The notes beneath the pieces were generated by a model that saw nothing but the letters and a program-made list of their open reading frames with translations, did not search any database and had not been told where the DNA came from. The position numbers and the translations under genes were made by a program. From Bipalium vagum (taxonomy: Eukaryota), in NCBI GenBank assembly GCA_037834085.1, contig JBBMKC010222788.1, positions 1 to 33,901 of the forward strand: 33,901 nucleotides of DNA, in the 5' to 3' direction. This document shows positions 12,401 to 24,100 of this stretch, one piece after another (positions within the stretch are counted from its first letter, which is position 1; the number at the start of each line of letters is the position of its first letter).

Positions 12401-15400
12401 ATAATATCATTTTATAAGACAATACATTATGGATTTATTTTGAATGATGAATATTTTAATTGATATCTCAACATTTTTCTGACATTTCGATCTGAATTTG
12501 AATTTTTGGTAATGGTTGTCTAACCAAAGTGGAACATGTTTTTTTTAGAATTCTTATTAATACTTATCTACCTGTGTGAACGAAACAATTAGAATTACTA
12601 TAGACCTATTTTTAATTACGGTAAATCTAAAAATTCTTGGATGGTGTATTATAAATATTAATTAAAGAAAAGTGGACATTTGTAGAAAATATTTTTGTTT
12701 GACATTCTTAAGGTCTGCTGGTCAAATTGCGATTGTAATTCACTTTGATGATAAAAGCGTAAAATAAGGATATAACAAAATTAAAGAGATAATTAAAAGA
12801 ATATTTTAAAAATATAAAGTATTTATAGAATTTACTGGTAAATGTTTTCTATACATATACAATGAGTTTCTATTTATTCTGAAACCTAAAAAATGAAAAA
12901 ATTATTTATATTTAGAATAGTCCAAAAGATTTCAACCTAAATCATTAAAATCTTTTTTATTATCGTTTTATTGTATGCTTTCTTTTAATACTAAAATTAT
13001 TACCATTATAACTTTTTCTTAATATTTCATTTTTCAAATATTGATTATGAATATAAAAAAGTGTTCGTCCCTTTTAACTTTGTTCGAAAATATCTCTTTT
13101 TGTTTATGATTTTGCTTAACTTTTAATCATTGTTTACAATAGTGAGTTTGGTTTGTTATTTGATTATAATTAAGTAAATTAAGAAGTTAAAGCCAATATA
13201 GTGAATGATAAAATGTCGTTCAAATTTTAATCTAAAATAGATAAGGTTAAACAAGTTCAAATTGGTTGAAAGCGCGTATTAATATAATCTCAAAAATTGC
13301 ATCAATAAATAAATTAGTTAAGAAATAATGAGTGAAAGTTTATAAATTTAGATTTTTTGGCATTCTTTTTAATAAATTTCAGTTTGAAAATTTTCCTCTA
13401 ACTTCAAGATCTTAAACAACTAACAGTCAACCGACCAATTGATTTATTAAATATCTTAATTTTATTTTGTTCTGCATTAGAAATAATATATAAGGATAAT
13501 ATTGATTTTCATATTTATTAGTATAAAATTCATTAATATGATAATATCGAATTGATATTTGTAATATTTTTTTAATAATTATTGATTTTTTTTAAATTCT
13601 GGAAATATTCAATTTTAAACTTTCTCTTTTAAGAAACCGTCTTAGAAATTTTGTAATTTCAGTTCAATCATTTTCAAATTAATTGTAAAAAATTATAAAT
13701 TTATTAAAAATAGTTAATCAAATATTACTTTATTTTAATTATATTACATTTATTACTCATTTTAATTCATTTTTGAAAATTAGAAAAAATTATTTTATAA
13801 TAAAATTTTTTATTTTAATAATCATATTAAAACCGATCAACATTAAACGCAATTTTCTCCTTTATTAATAATAATATCATTTTTTACTTAATATTACATA
13901 GAAATTTTAAAAACCTTCCACTTGATTGATTTACTGTTTCACTTTTATATCCAGAGTATTAGAATAAATAAATATATACCATTTTCATTTTAAATTCAGC
14001 ACTTTACATTTTAAATTCAACACTTTTCATTTTAAATTCAAGACTTTACAATATATATATATAATATATGTAATATACAATTCGATACTAAAATTTTATT
14101 TTTAAAACATTCAAAATTTACATAATTGTTAGTGCATCGGTAGTCCAGATGTAGCTATGGAGAGGTTTCGTGTCATATTCATGACATAGTTGGAACAGTC
14201 TTGGCTGGTCACTGTTTTCACACCTTCTTTAATTAAATCACTTAAAGAACTTTCAGATCTAATTACTCGTTTTGTAAAATGATTAATTTAAAGAAAAATT
14301 TCAGTGTTGAATTTAAGATGTAAATTGTTGAATTTAAAATGAAAATGGTATAGAATAAATATTAGAATAAAACATTTCAAAGTAACTTTTACTTAAGTAA
14401 GTGAAAATACAAATTATTGAGTTTGTATAATTCTAAATCTTCGAAAAAATTGATGCCTTTCAATTTTAAAAATTAATTGATTTAGACTAACATTCGATAA
14501 GAAACAGAAGTTGAAGTGTGTAAGAATATGAAAAATAAATTTTAATTATGTTATCCCATCATATGACAATTTTTAATTCCATTGTAATTTTTCAGAAGAA
14601 TAACAAAGTTCTTATCTCTCAAACCTTTCAAATTTGTTAAACTTGAATTCAATAATCATTGTGTAAAATTATTGACTTTTTGGCTCTTATTATAGATTTT
14701 TGAATTACTCAAAATTGATTAATTGCTAATTTATCCTATTTAAATTTTCAGATAAAAATGCCAACTATAAAAGAAAACGTTAATACCTCTAATGAAAAAT
14801 TAGATCCAACTGCGAAAGATAAAAACGATTTAAAACCAAAGTATATGATTATGAATTTACAATATATAAATTGACGAAAATCAATATAATCAAGAACCTC
14901 TGTAATTTTGCCACCTATCAAAAGCATAGAATCAGAAAGTCAGAGAAAGGATAAAGCAAGGCATGTGCGTTCTAGTAGAAGATCTACCCAAGGTGTAACT
15001 GCTGAAGACATTGATGAAGCAAAAAGGATTATGGCTACGGCACAGAAACAGGAAAAATCCAATATTCCTTCTTCAGTAGGTCCAGTTACAGAAGTGAAAC
15101 AGGATAATATTGATGCTTTGAAAAAATCAAATAGCTCAGATTCATCTCCAAATTATAAAAAGGTGTTTTATTTTTATAGATACATAATCATGTGGAATTT
15201 TGAATTTTTTAAAGTTTAATATATTTAAAATTTGATAAATAATCTAATTTTTTTCTGTTTATCGTTTACATAAATCTCATATTTTCAATTACCCAAACTT
15301 AAAACTAAGGTTAAAAAAGTGTTTACTTAAAATTGTGTGAAAAAATCGATTTTTCTTGTTAAAAAATAGTTTTGACATTCAGAAAAATTTTTAAATAGAC

Positions 15401-18400
15401 CAAAATAATACATGTTTTTTGTCCAATTGATAATTGAAACAGAAATACTGAAAATACATTGATAATCACACGAAAATATTTATAAACATCCTCCTGTTTA
15501 TTTATACGATGTTTGAATTTATTTTTGATCAAAATTAATCATTATGATTTATTTTGATTAATGAGTTATAATTTATTTAATTATAATTATACGATTGATT
15601 TCTTTTATAGAACTACGTTTTTTAAATTACCAATCTTATATTACTTAAGTTCTGTGGTCCATTAAAAATTAATTAAATTATTTTAATAATGATTTTACTT
15701 TTTTTTAATGTATTTTGGAGGTGTTGCCACACGAATTTTTTGTTCAAATGTCAATGATATATTTGCATTCTATACCAAATTTGACTTTAGACGGAGATTA
15801 CACCACCCATAGAAAACCGGTCTCAGTTAGACATCAAAAAGCAGTCACAAATGCCAAATTCATCAATTGACGATCAATTACCTATTCCATTGTCAAAGTC
15901 TACTGATTTGGATGACAAGAGAAGTACGATAGTTTCATTTTGATGGCACGGTTTTCATTTCGAATAATTCCTGTAGCTAGAGTAAGAGGTAATTTGGCAA
16001 ATAAAAGACGAAGTGGAGATAGACCTCCAACAGGAGTCATTGATTTAAAAGATATCCAAACAGCTCAATCAGAAATTCATAAATCTGATTTGAAAGAAAA
16101 GGAAAATTTTGTTAACAATGAGCCAACAAAACCAACCTCTATATCCAACTATTCCAAGTCAATTGTAAGACGTGCATTATTATCAATTTTATTCATTTAT
16201 TTATTTTTATTGATTTTATTTTTGTTTTTTTAATAATAAATATTTTGATTTTTTAGTTGATTTTTTAGTTTATTTTTTTAAAAACCAAAGGAAAAAATGA
16301 AAAAACTGGATGTGTTATGATGTTAAATATTGATGCTACAGGAAGTCTTCAGATTTCCAAAAAAACTTCTCAAATTAAACAGGAAATATGTTTTATGGAC
16401 AGAAATTGATTTTCAAAAATAAATTGATATTTTATTGATTTCGAGTTAATTTTATAAAAATGAAAATTTTTATAATTAATAATAATAAAAATAATGTTTT
16501 CATGTGAAATGTCTGACTCAGAGATGTGAAAGTAGATCTGTGTTAGGAGCAAAAAACAAATATTTATTCAATGATCAATTTACCATTTGAATCAATTGTT
16601 TACTGTCTTTAAAAAACTATATAATTTTAATGATTAGTCTAGGAAAGGCAAAGTGACTCGGCCAATGTAACACTGCTTTCACATAGTTGATCAAGCTTGT
16701 GAAAAGATGAAAATCAGTAGATATGTCCGGTAAATATAATTTGTAAGAAAGAATTTCCTATCCATGATACTATAGATTTTACCTGTGTTTTTTCTGGTGT
16801 TTTCTTGTAGGATAATAGGTTTATATCTATCGACCAAAGAAAGTTGTTTGCACAGTTTGTCGAGCATTAGTTGAAGCACTCTGTATAAAGAATCGGTTAT
16901 GATAATTTAGTGTAGCTCGAGGAATAAAATTGAATAGATAGAGCACCATTAAGTTATCATAATTTTCTTAGAGTAAATTTTTGCTTTTGCAAAGGTACTT
17001 GAGGCACAAGTTTTTAACATTCATTGTCTTTTTTGATTCGATTATCATAAAGAACTCATCTTTCGTCAAATTATAATTCATCCCAAATATGGATTAGTTG
17101 TTGATTGGATTGATGTCTTTTAAGTAAAGAAAATGTCGGTTATTAATGATTTGTTTGAACTCGTCTATCATTTTTTTAAATGTAGCGACTATGGATACCT
17201 GAAATTACTGTGCGACATAAGTCAATGGATCATGTTCCACTTCCAATTTTCAAATCTGGTTCTTTGTGGTCAGTAGTTTTCTACGGCAGCTGCATATTCC
17301 AAAGAAAAATGTCCTTGGGACAATTTTAAAAAAAAACATTGTCTTACTTCTGGTTCAAGTACCACATTAATTTCCTTGGTAATTATAGTTAAGGTTTTTT
17401 TGAAAAAGGAAAAGGAATAGCGAATATCTTATTCTGATAGCGTATCTTTAATTTGAGAAAAGTAGGTTTAACTTATTATGGATTTACTTATTCAAATACT
17501 CTCAAATAAACAAATGCCTTTAATTGTGATATTAATTGTCAAGTTAGTAATATATTGGACATTTCATATGAAACCTCTCTTAATGATAATAAATTAATAA
17601 TCAATCAATAGTTTTTTGTTTTTTAAGTTTCTTCAAAGGCCAGATTTTGAATATAGAAAAGAAATGTTAACGATTCGGAAAAATTGACCAAATTAAAGAT
17701 TTCTCGTTGTGAAATTCGATGAACCTGAACTTATTGTCATTATGGAAAAGGAAAAATCTGCTTTAATACTGTTCTTCTTAGTAAAAGTTAACAATTCTGA
17801 AAAAAATTTTTCTTTGCTCTGTTTTATCAAACTACACAAGGTCTCCATTTTTCTATGTATTCCTGATTTGATTTTTGACACGTTAATGCCTTGGTGAATT
17901 TTGAATTCCTTTCAATCATAGATTTAGATCCAGATTCAGTATTCAATAATTCTCCACGAGTTCTTCTGCATATATCTTTTTCAAAATTCATTATTCTCAA
18001 TATATATATCTTTTATTTTAATTTGTTTTTTCGATTTTCATAATTTTTCTGTTTAAAGCAGTTACTATTTTTTGATCCAAAATCTTTTCCTGAAAAATAT
18101 CGTTATTTACTTGTCTTTCTTTCGGCATTTCTTCTACATTTAATAAAATTCTCTTTGGTTTTCGAAATTCTAATCTTGGATTTTCCTCAAATTTTTTTAC
18201 TGTCTTCAAAATTTGAATTTTCAATATCCTCTTAATTCAGGTTGTATTTTTTCCTCTATTTAGAAATATTTAGTTGCAGATGTGATTAGATTTTTCTACA
18301 TCTCTGGAATAAATCGATTAGAATCCTTACTAATAATCGCGTTGAAAGTTGATTTTCTATTGATTTAAATCCGTTCGTTGTAGAATTTGAAAATTTTATA

Positions 18401-18944
18401 ATTCATATAAATTAAGTATTAACAATTAATATAACATTTACTTTGCACATTGATCTGGAATTTAATTATTATATAATGACCTCTTAATTGTCAAATCAAT
18501 AATAAACTGTATTATTAATGAAGGATAATGAAATCAATTACAAACTTCTTTATGAAAAAGAATGCAAAGAAAAGCAGCTTTTGCACGAAAGTTTTTTAAA
18601 ACTTAGCAAGGAACTCAAAGAATCTCAAGAAAAGATCGAAAATGCTCAAAACAGTGGCTTAGCTTCAAGAAAAAATATGTTATCATCACAGGTACATTGA
18701 TAATTAATTTTTAGGGATGATAAAATTGATGATTGTATTTTTCATTAGAAATCTTTTGTTCTTCCTTCAGATTTTGATTTACAGGTAAATTTACTTTGGT
18801 TTTCGTTTCTGAAAAATTTCCTCGATATTAATTTTTTCCAAACTTCAGGAAAACGAAAAGCTCAGAGAAGAAAATCGAAAAATGAAAGAAGCCAATAGTG
18901 CTCTGATACGCGTAATTAGTCGTTTATCACATAATCATACATGA
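3412..18944 (+). CDS. PPP1R12: Protein phosphatase 1 regulatory subunit 12 / myosin phosphatase targeting subunit (MYPT/Mbs) homolog, 3' portion (456 aa in window; most ankyrin exons lie upstream of the window)
   Basis: Exons joined with GT-AG and consistent phase: 3412-3477, 5062-5099, 5144-5223, 8802-9010, 14752-14840, 14895-15162, 15791-15923, 15977-16164, 18524-18691, 18749-18784, 18849-18944 (TGA). Motifs: ankyrin-end NQTVLEVADDEVKPYL (cf. MYPT1 GQTAFDVADEDILGYL); inhibitory site ESQRKDKARHVRSSRRSTQGVT; second site RRSGDRPPTGV; coiled coil NYKLLYEKE; C-terminal leucine zipper ENRKMKEANSALIRVISRLS (cf. ENGALIRVISKLSK). Confidence 0.92.
6202..7481 (+). mobile_element. Near full-length Tc1/mariner element of the DD41D (rosa-type) group; transposase pseudogenised
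   Basis: TA at 6200-6201 and 7482-7483. TIRs of ~45 bp: caaggtgtcccataagtc...gtaaacttaaatat and atatttaagtttac...gacttaagggacaccctg. ORF pieces 6343-6717 (HTH, RSGRPR) and 6743-7027 (FSDEAIFYLKGLVNKHDVRYW), then FQQDGAP...WVLRSPDLTPL(E) with 41 residues between the second and third catalytic positions. Several stops and frameshifts. Confidence 0.92.
7700..8065 (-). mobile_element. Possible fragment of a non-LTR retrotransposon (LINE) APE endonuclease N-terminus
   Basis: The minus strand reads MNILTW (cf. xxIxTWN) at ~8060 and REIATLIIRN (cf. RGVAILIRN) at ~7880, in broken frames. Confidence 0.3.
10335..11060 (-). mobile_element. Merlin (IS1595/ISXO2-like) DNA transposon, internally deleted
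   Basis: TIR ggatcatgt / acatgatcc, flanked by near-perfect 8-bp direct repeats gcagtttc (10327-10334) and gaagtttc (11061-11068). Minus-strand peptides DKCDGCG (zinc ribbon), PFFEKFKIPL, KIGG, ENYVHRNVNQKMSFVNRETDAHMQRIESIW and LESYLNEWVSRQ match the ISXO2/Merlin C-terminal signature (VNHS..FV...TG.HTQ.IE..W ... YL.EF..R). Confidence 0.88.
11091..12199 (+). mobile_element. Degenerate mariner (DD34D) element
   Basis: TIRs tatcaggttaaggaataagtaatttt and gaaattacttattctttgacccaata. Motifs GIILKH*SERPH (cf. HDNARPH) and EVLPHSSYSPDIAQSDFYLFRSFQNHLNG (~11890-11975). ORF 11971-12156 is a shifted-frame by-product. Confidence 0.88.
13975..14352. mobile_element. Non-autonomous foldback-like MITE with TIRs built from ~21-bp tandem units
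   Basis: Left arm tataccattttcattttaaattcagcactttacattttaaattcaacact... is the inverse of right arm ...agtgttgaatttaagatgtaaattgttgaatttaaaatgaaaatggtata. Flanks aaataaata / gaataaata (8/9) are a candidate 9-bp TSD. Confidence 0.75.
14895..15162 (+). CDS. PPP1R12: MYPT exon carrying the inhibitory phosphorylation motif RRSTQGV (Thr696-equivalent)
   Basis: Translation ...ESESQRKDKARHVRSSRRSTQGVTAEDIDEAKRIM...; acceptor caag ends at 14894, donor gt at 15163. Confidence 0.92.
16492..17582 (-). mobile_element. Degenerate mariner element (antisense in MYPT intron)
   Basis: Inverted ends ttttcatgtgaaatgtc and gacatttcatatgaaac. Minus-strand motifs DER*VLYDN (~17070-17042), PIILQENTRK (cf. ILLHDNARP) and LPDISTDFHLF (~16730-16700). 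Confidence 0.8.
18524..18944 (+). CDS. PPP1R12: MYPT last three exons: coiled coil and leucine zipper (PKG-interaction region)
   Basis: DNEINYKLLYEKECKEK...SSQ | KSFVLPSDFDLQ | ENEKLREENRKMKEANSALIRVISRLSHNHT*; introns of 57 and 64 nt. Confidence 0.88.
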
Positions 18945-19769
18945 TGGAAAACGGTTGCCCGGTGGGGTCTACCTGACACGAAATGCTCACTAGCAATAAT
19001 GCATCTGTTTTTATTTTTATCATTATTTTAATTATTATATGTATTTTTATTATTATTATGCTTAATATTATTTTGTTGTTACCTATTTTCTGAAAATTGG
19101 TCAACTTCACTTGTCTAAGCTTCTCATATGTTTGTTATTTTCTGTAAAAAAATAGTTTCTTTTAATTTCTTTTCTCTTATTATCATTGATCTTTGAAAAT
19201 ATTGTTCGATTTTTGAATGTGAGGTATATGTAAATTGTTAAATTTTTGTCAGTTGTGACAACAAATGATGAGAAAATTATTTTGGAAAAAAGAACGAGAT
19301 AACCTTTTTGACTTTTACAGTTAATTTTATTATTATTTCTTGAAATTGCGAAGTTTGATTACATTTTTCAAAATCTTCTTTATGTTTTTCAAATTGTTAT
19401 TTGTTTTGGCTTTTCTTTGTCATTGTTTATGCATGGTTATGTATGTCTCCTGCTTTACAGTCTTTATATACGTTGTACTTAATTTTAGAAGATTGCAATT
19501 TATAATTCTCCAGTACAGGAACAGTCGCGCTTGACTTGTTAAAACATTAGGAGAAGATTTTAAATTTCACCCTCGAAAATTCACTTGTTATTATTATTCC
19601 TTGAAAAAAAACCCTTAATAAAGTTATCGAGTTTTTTTCAATGTTAATGGTTTTTTTTTAATGAAAATATGATGATTATTTTAAAAAATTTTTTTCAATT
19701 GACTCTACTCTTGATTTCATCGATTTTAATTTGATAGATCGACAATATTTAACATATCGATTTTAATAC

Positions 19770-20340
19770 TTATTCCTTTTCTGTAATGGTGCTAATAGTG
19801 TTTTTCGAGCATAAATTGAGAATATTATCAAAAACAGTTTTCGAATTGTTTCGTTTGCCTTTAACAACAGAAAAAGTTGGAGATCCAATAATATATTCAA
19901 TTCTGATTATGAAATTGATTATAATAATTGTCAATGGAATGTGTTCAGGAACTGGTTTCAGCTTGAAGTTGGTTTTGGATTTTTTGAATATCTGATTCAT
20001 CGAGCGTTGGCTATGGTTTCATAAATTATTTTTATCGTTTTTGGTTCGTGATCCGATCTCCAGTTATTATCTAATGATGAATTTGACAATACTTCCTATG
20101 TAAATAATAGGATCTGTTTTTGATTAAATTGCCGGTGGAGTGTCGCTCAAGATTTTGTAAAGTCTATCTTTGCAATTCCCAATTGCCCAACCTCTACTCT
20201 GTCTATGGTTAATATTTTGCTTACATTCAATTATAAATGTGAAGTAGGAACCTATCCTTTATTTGAAGACTGTCGTGTATGAATTATAAGATCTGAATAT
20301 TAAACATAATTGTATTTTCCTTAATAAAATATGTATGACT
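19770..20340 (-). mobile_element. Possible LINE APE-endonuclease C-terminal fragment
   Basis: Broken minus-strand frames give SKTDPII followed by WRSDHEP (cf. S.IDYI...SDH.P). Composition is more coding-like than the flanks. Confidence 0.3.
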
Positions 20341-21104
20341 TTTATTAGGTTAACATATTTTTATGTAACTGATCCCTTTAGGTCGTCGATATTTTCGCTT
20401 TTTTAACTGTATGGCTAATGTTTATAAATAAATGTTGCCAATATTGTACGAAAATTCATTTACTTATTTAAGAGTTAAATTTAACATTTAGCATGTATAC
20501 AACATTGGATGAAATGTGAATAATAAAAGATCTTTTGTGGGATTTTCTTTTTTATATTCCTTTGAATATACTGATATTGTTCAATTTAAAGGATAAATTT
20601 TAAAAAATTGAATATTAAAATAGTATTCAATTTACGGAATGAAATATTTAAATAGCTTTGCATTAATTAAATAATTTCTTTTCAGATTTATTGTCTTAAT
20701 AAAGGTTTTTTGGATATAAAAACAATATTGCTTTGAAAAAATGTTATGTATGTCTAAACTCAACATTATTTTAAATTAGAGTGAAAAATTTTAAATAAAT
20801 ATTAGCTTAAATATATCACAAAAAATAAATTTAACTTCAATTTTCTTTGAATATACTGTACTCAGATGCTTGTAATAATATTTGGGGTTTTTAATTTCTT
20901 TTAGGTTTTACTTACTTTGCAATTTAAATTTTACAATTTTGATGTACTTTTTTGAACTATAGGCTTATAATAACATAATAGACAAATTCAAAAAAGGACT
21001 CGACAAATTTATTTCAACGTGCATATAATTTTGATGATACAGTGCAATTTATACAATTGATGAAATGATCTGCGCAAAGTATTCTTATTTATACACGATT
21101 CCCA

Positions 21105-24100
21105 TTAATATATTATTCGTTTCACTATTACATCTTGATTTTTAAGCGACGATTTTCCTGGTAGGTTTTTCACTTGAACAATTTTATTCAAAATTGGTTC
21201 ACGATCCAAATAGATACCCTTGATTTTTCTGACATCTCCTTTACTATTCTTACTACCTTTAGTACCGCTAGGTTGTACCAATTCAACTTCAAACTCTTTA
21301 TCATGCCACCAATACCGTTCAATGTCTATCACACGAGATTCACAATTTTTTAACTCACGATTCGATCGTAAGACTGGTTTTCTTTTTCTCTCTTGCTCAT
21401 CAAACATTTGTGACAAAGAATTTGAAATATCTGTTGACCCATCGGCATTGTAATCACTGCTACAAATACCGTCATCTTTATCCATTCTAGTTTTTGTCTT
21501 AATTCCAGACATGGTATTATTAACTGCACAATTATCAACTATCGTCTTTTTTAAATTCATTCTTGTCAGTCGTTGAACAGGTTTTTCACCCGAATTGGAA
21601 TACAGTTTCTGAATTGATGCACGAGTGGTCCTCCTTTGTTTTTTATCATCAACGCTGGTGACCACAGATTCTGATAAATCTTTCTGAAATGGTATTCTAA
21701 TATTCTTTTTCCTTTGAACTTTTAATCGATTTAATCGCACTTTTTGTATCGATTTTGATTTCAACACAATCGATTTCTTGATTCCAATTTTATTTATCCT
21801 ATTTTTTGATGATGTTTCATTAAAACGTGTACTACAGTTTATTTCAGCATTGATGGCCGAGTCTTGAAAATTTTTGTTCTCTAGACTTCCTTTCGATTCA
21901 ACGGAATGTGATGAATCCAAATGAGTCTGTGGTAATGTTTTAGTTTCTCTTTTATCGCAACATAAAGAACCCATTGTGGTATTTGCGATATTATCAGTTT
22001 TTGCAATCAGCCGTTTACTCAATCGTAATGTTTTCCCCGATTCGAGAGCTTCACTCTTCACCGAGACCGTTCTGTCAGAATTTTCTTTCACTGGAGACAA
22101 AGACAAATGATAGTTTTTATTCATTTGCACAGTTCTCAATCTTGGACAAGATCTAACTCCTTGGATCCGGCGATCATGATAGGGAGATTGAATATCTGTT
22201 GCTACTGGTAATGGATTATTGCAGTGGTTTGTAGACTTATTTTGTGATCTCTTACTGCTCACATCGGATACAAGAGACAGTTTCATTTTGCCTGTTGAGG
22301 TTTCTACCTTGAATTTTTCTATTTTCTGCTTTTTTACTGGATCACCATCATCATCATCATTCATCAAGTGATCTGTGATTTTTCGTTTTCTGCACAACGA
22401 ACTTGTTTGATTGCGTCCTTTATCTACGAAAATTTTCGTTTCATCTCTATCACTATTTGTTATTGATTTTCGATCGATTTTGGTTTGGATATCAGTCTTC
22501 TCATCAAATTCGTCTTTATCAACGAAAATTAATGTCGATGATTTTGAAACAATAGAACTTGAAGTGGAATAGCTAAATTCCGTTTTCACACCATCACATC
22601 GATGTCGACGCATTCTGGATTTTATTAGGTTTTCTTTATACATGGAATATTTAGCTGACGGAATAATTCTCCTTTTTTGCCGTGTAAGTGAACTCCTTTC
22701 GGAATCTGTATCATTTGACGTAACATATTCGTTGATGATTTCCTTTTTCTGACAATCGTGCTGTGGCGACGGCGGAAGATGAATTTCCTTTTGCTCGATC
22801 GTTTTCTTTTTCATTTCTTCCGAGGTTTCATTTTTCGTTATGAGATTATTATCTTGAACCAATACAACTCGGATATTTAAAAACTTGTAATTCTCGAAGT
22901 TTTTTGAACACAATACACCCAGTTCTTCCTTTATCATTTTATTTTCCGTTTCATTGGTACTACTATTTTCGATTTTCTCTCTCTTCAAATCGATTTTTTT
23001 CCTCTTCTTTTTTGCCTCATTGCAGAGCAAAATAACATTTTCTTGATCTTTTAATGATAAATTTTCGATTTCCAATTTCAGTTCATTTTTATCAATTTCA
23101 TTGGAACCGGAATTGTAGATATCATCCTGATTATTGTGATTTTCTTTTTTCATTTTAATTTCATTGATTTTACCATCATTGATTTTCAAATTCTCACTCT
23201 CATCTTCTAAATCATCAATTATATCAAATCGATTTTCATTCACAATTTTATCAGTTGAATTTTGATTTTTAGAGTTATAATTACTTGGATCCCATATCGA
23301 TTTTTTTAGGTCTAAATCATTTCTTCCTTCCTTATCTTCAATATTACCGACATCGTGATCAATTGAAATCGACCCTGTCGTTTTTTTAATGGATTCATTT
23401 TCTTTTGAAGACTTGAAATCATTGATTGTCGAAACAATTTTCGACATTTTATGGCCTATAGAACTTTTGTCGTAATACAAATAATTGTCTTGTATTTTAT
23501 TGATGAATTGAAAAACATTTTCACGAGATTTCGGGTTACAAGAAACTATTTTTTGTTCAAACTCATTTTGATCATCTCTATCATGTTTTCCCATCTCGGA
23601 CAGATATTCATTGGACAAATCGATGCATTCTTCAATTTTCTGTTCGACATCTGAAGGTTTTGATACAACCTGACTGACTTCGTTTTCGGAATTGTATAAA
23701 CCATCATCAATCAAAGAACAGCAAGCTGCATCACTGCTACCACCAGCGTCACCACATTCTGAGACTTCCTCAAAATCAATATAATTATCAACTTCGTAGT
23801 CTTTCGTATCTAAAACGATTTGAATTTTAACAGGAAGATTTGGCTCTGAACCGATTATAGTCTCTTGCGGTTCGTCAGAATTTCCGGATTGACTTCGTGG
23901 ATTCGTTTTTTCTACCTCTACATTTTTTAATGAAAAATAATCAATAGTTTCCGGCATGACATAAGTATCTTCCGTTAAAGATGCCGATACATTTTTCTTA
24001 TCAATTTCTCCTGTAATCATGACATTGGTTTTATTATTTTTCTCGAAATTCAGCAACTCAGATTTTTCGTTGCTTTTGCCATCATCGATTTTATTTATAG

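Noticed and set aside
14131-14230. Hammerhead ribozyme in the MITE core (also CTGATGA hits near 9349, 12329, 31987 and 32614)
   Set aside because: No CUGANGA plus GAAA core with compatible helices found by eye.
18692-18714. 23-nt micro-intron in MYPT
   Set aside because: It leads immediately to GGA TGA and is far below the 43-nt minimum intron size seen elsewhere in the window.
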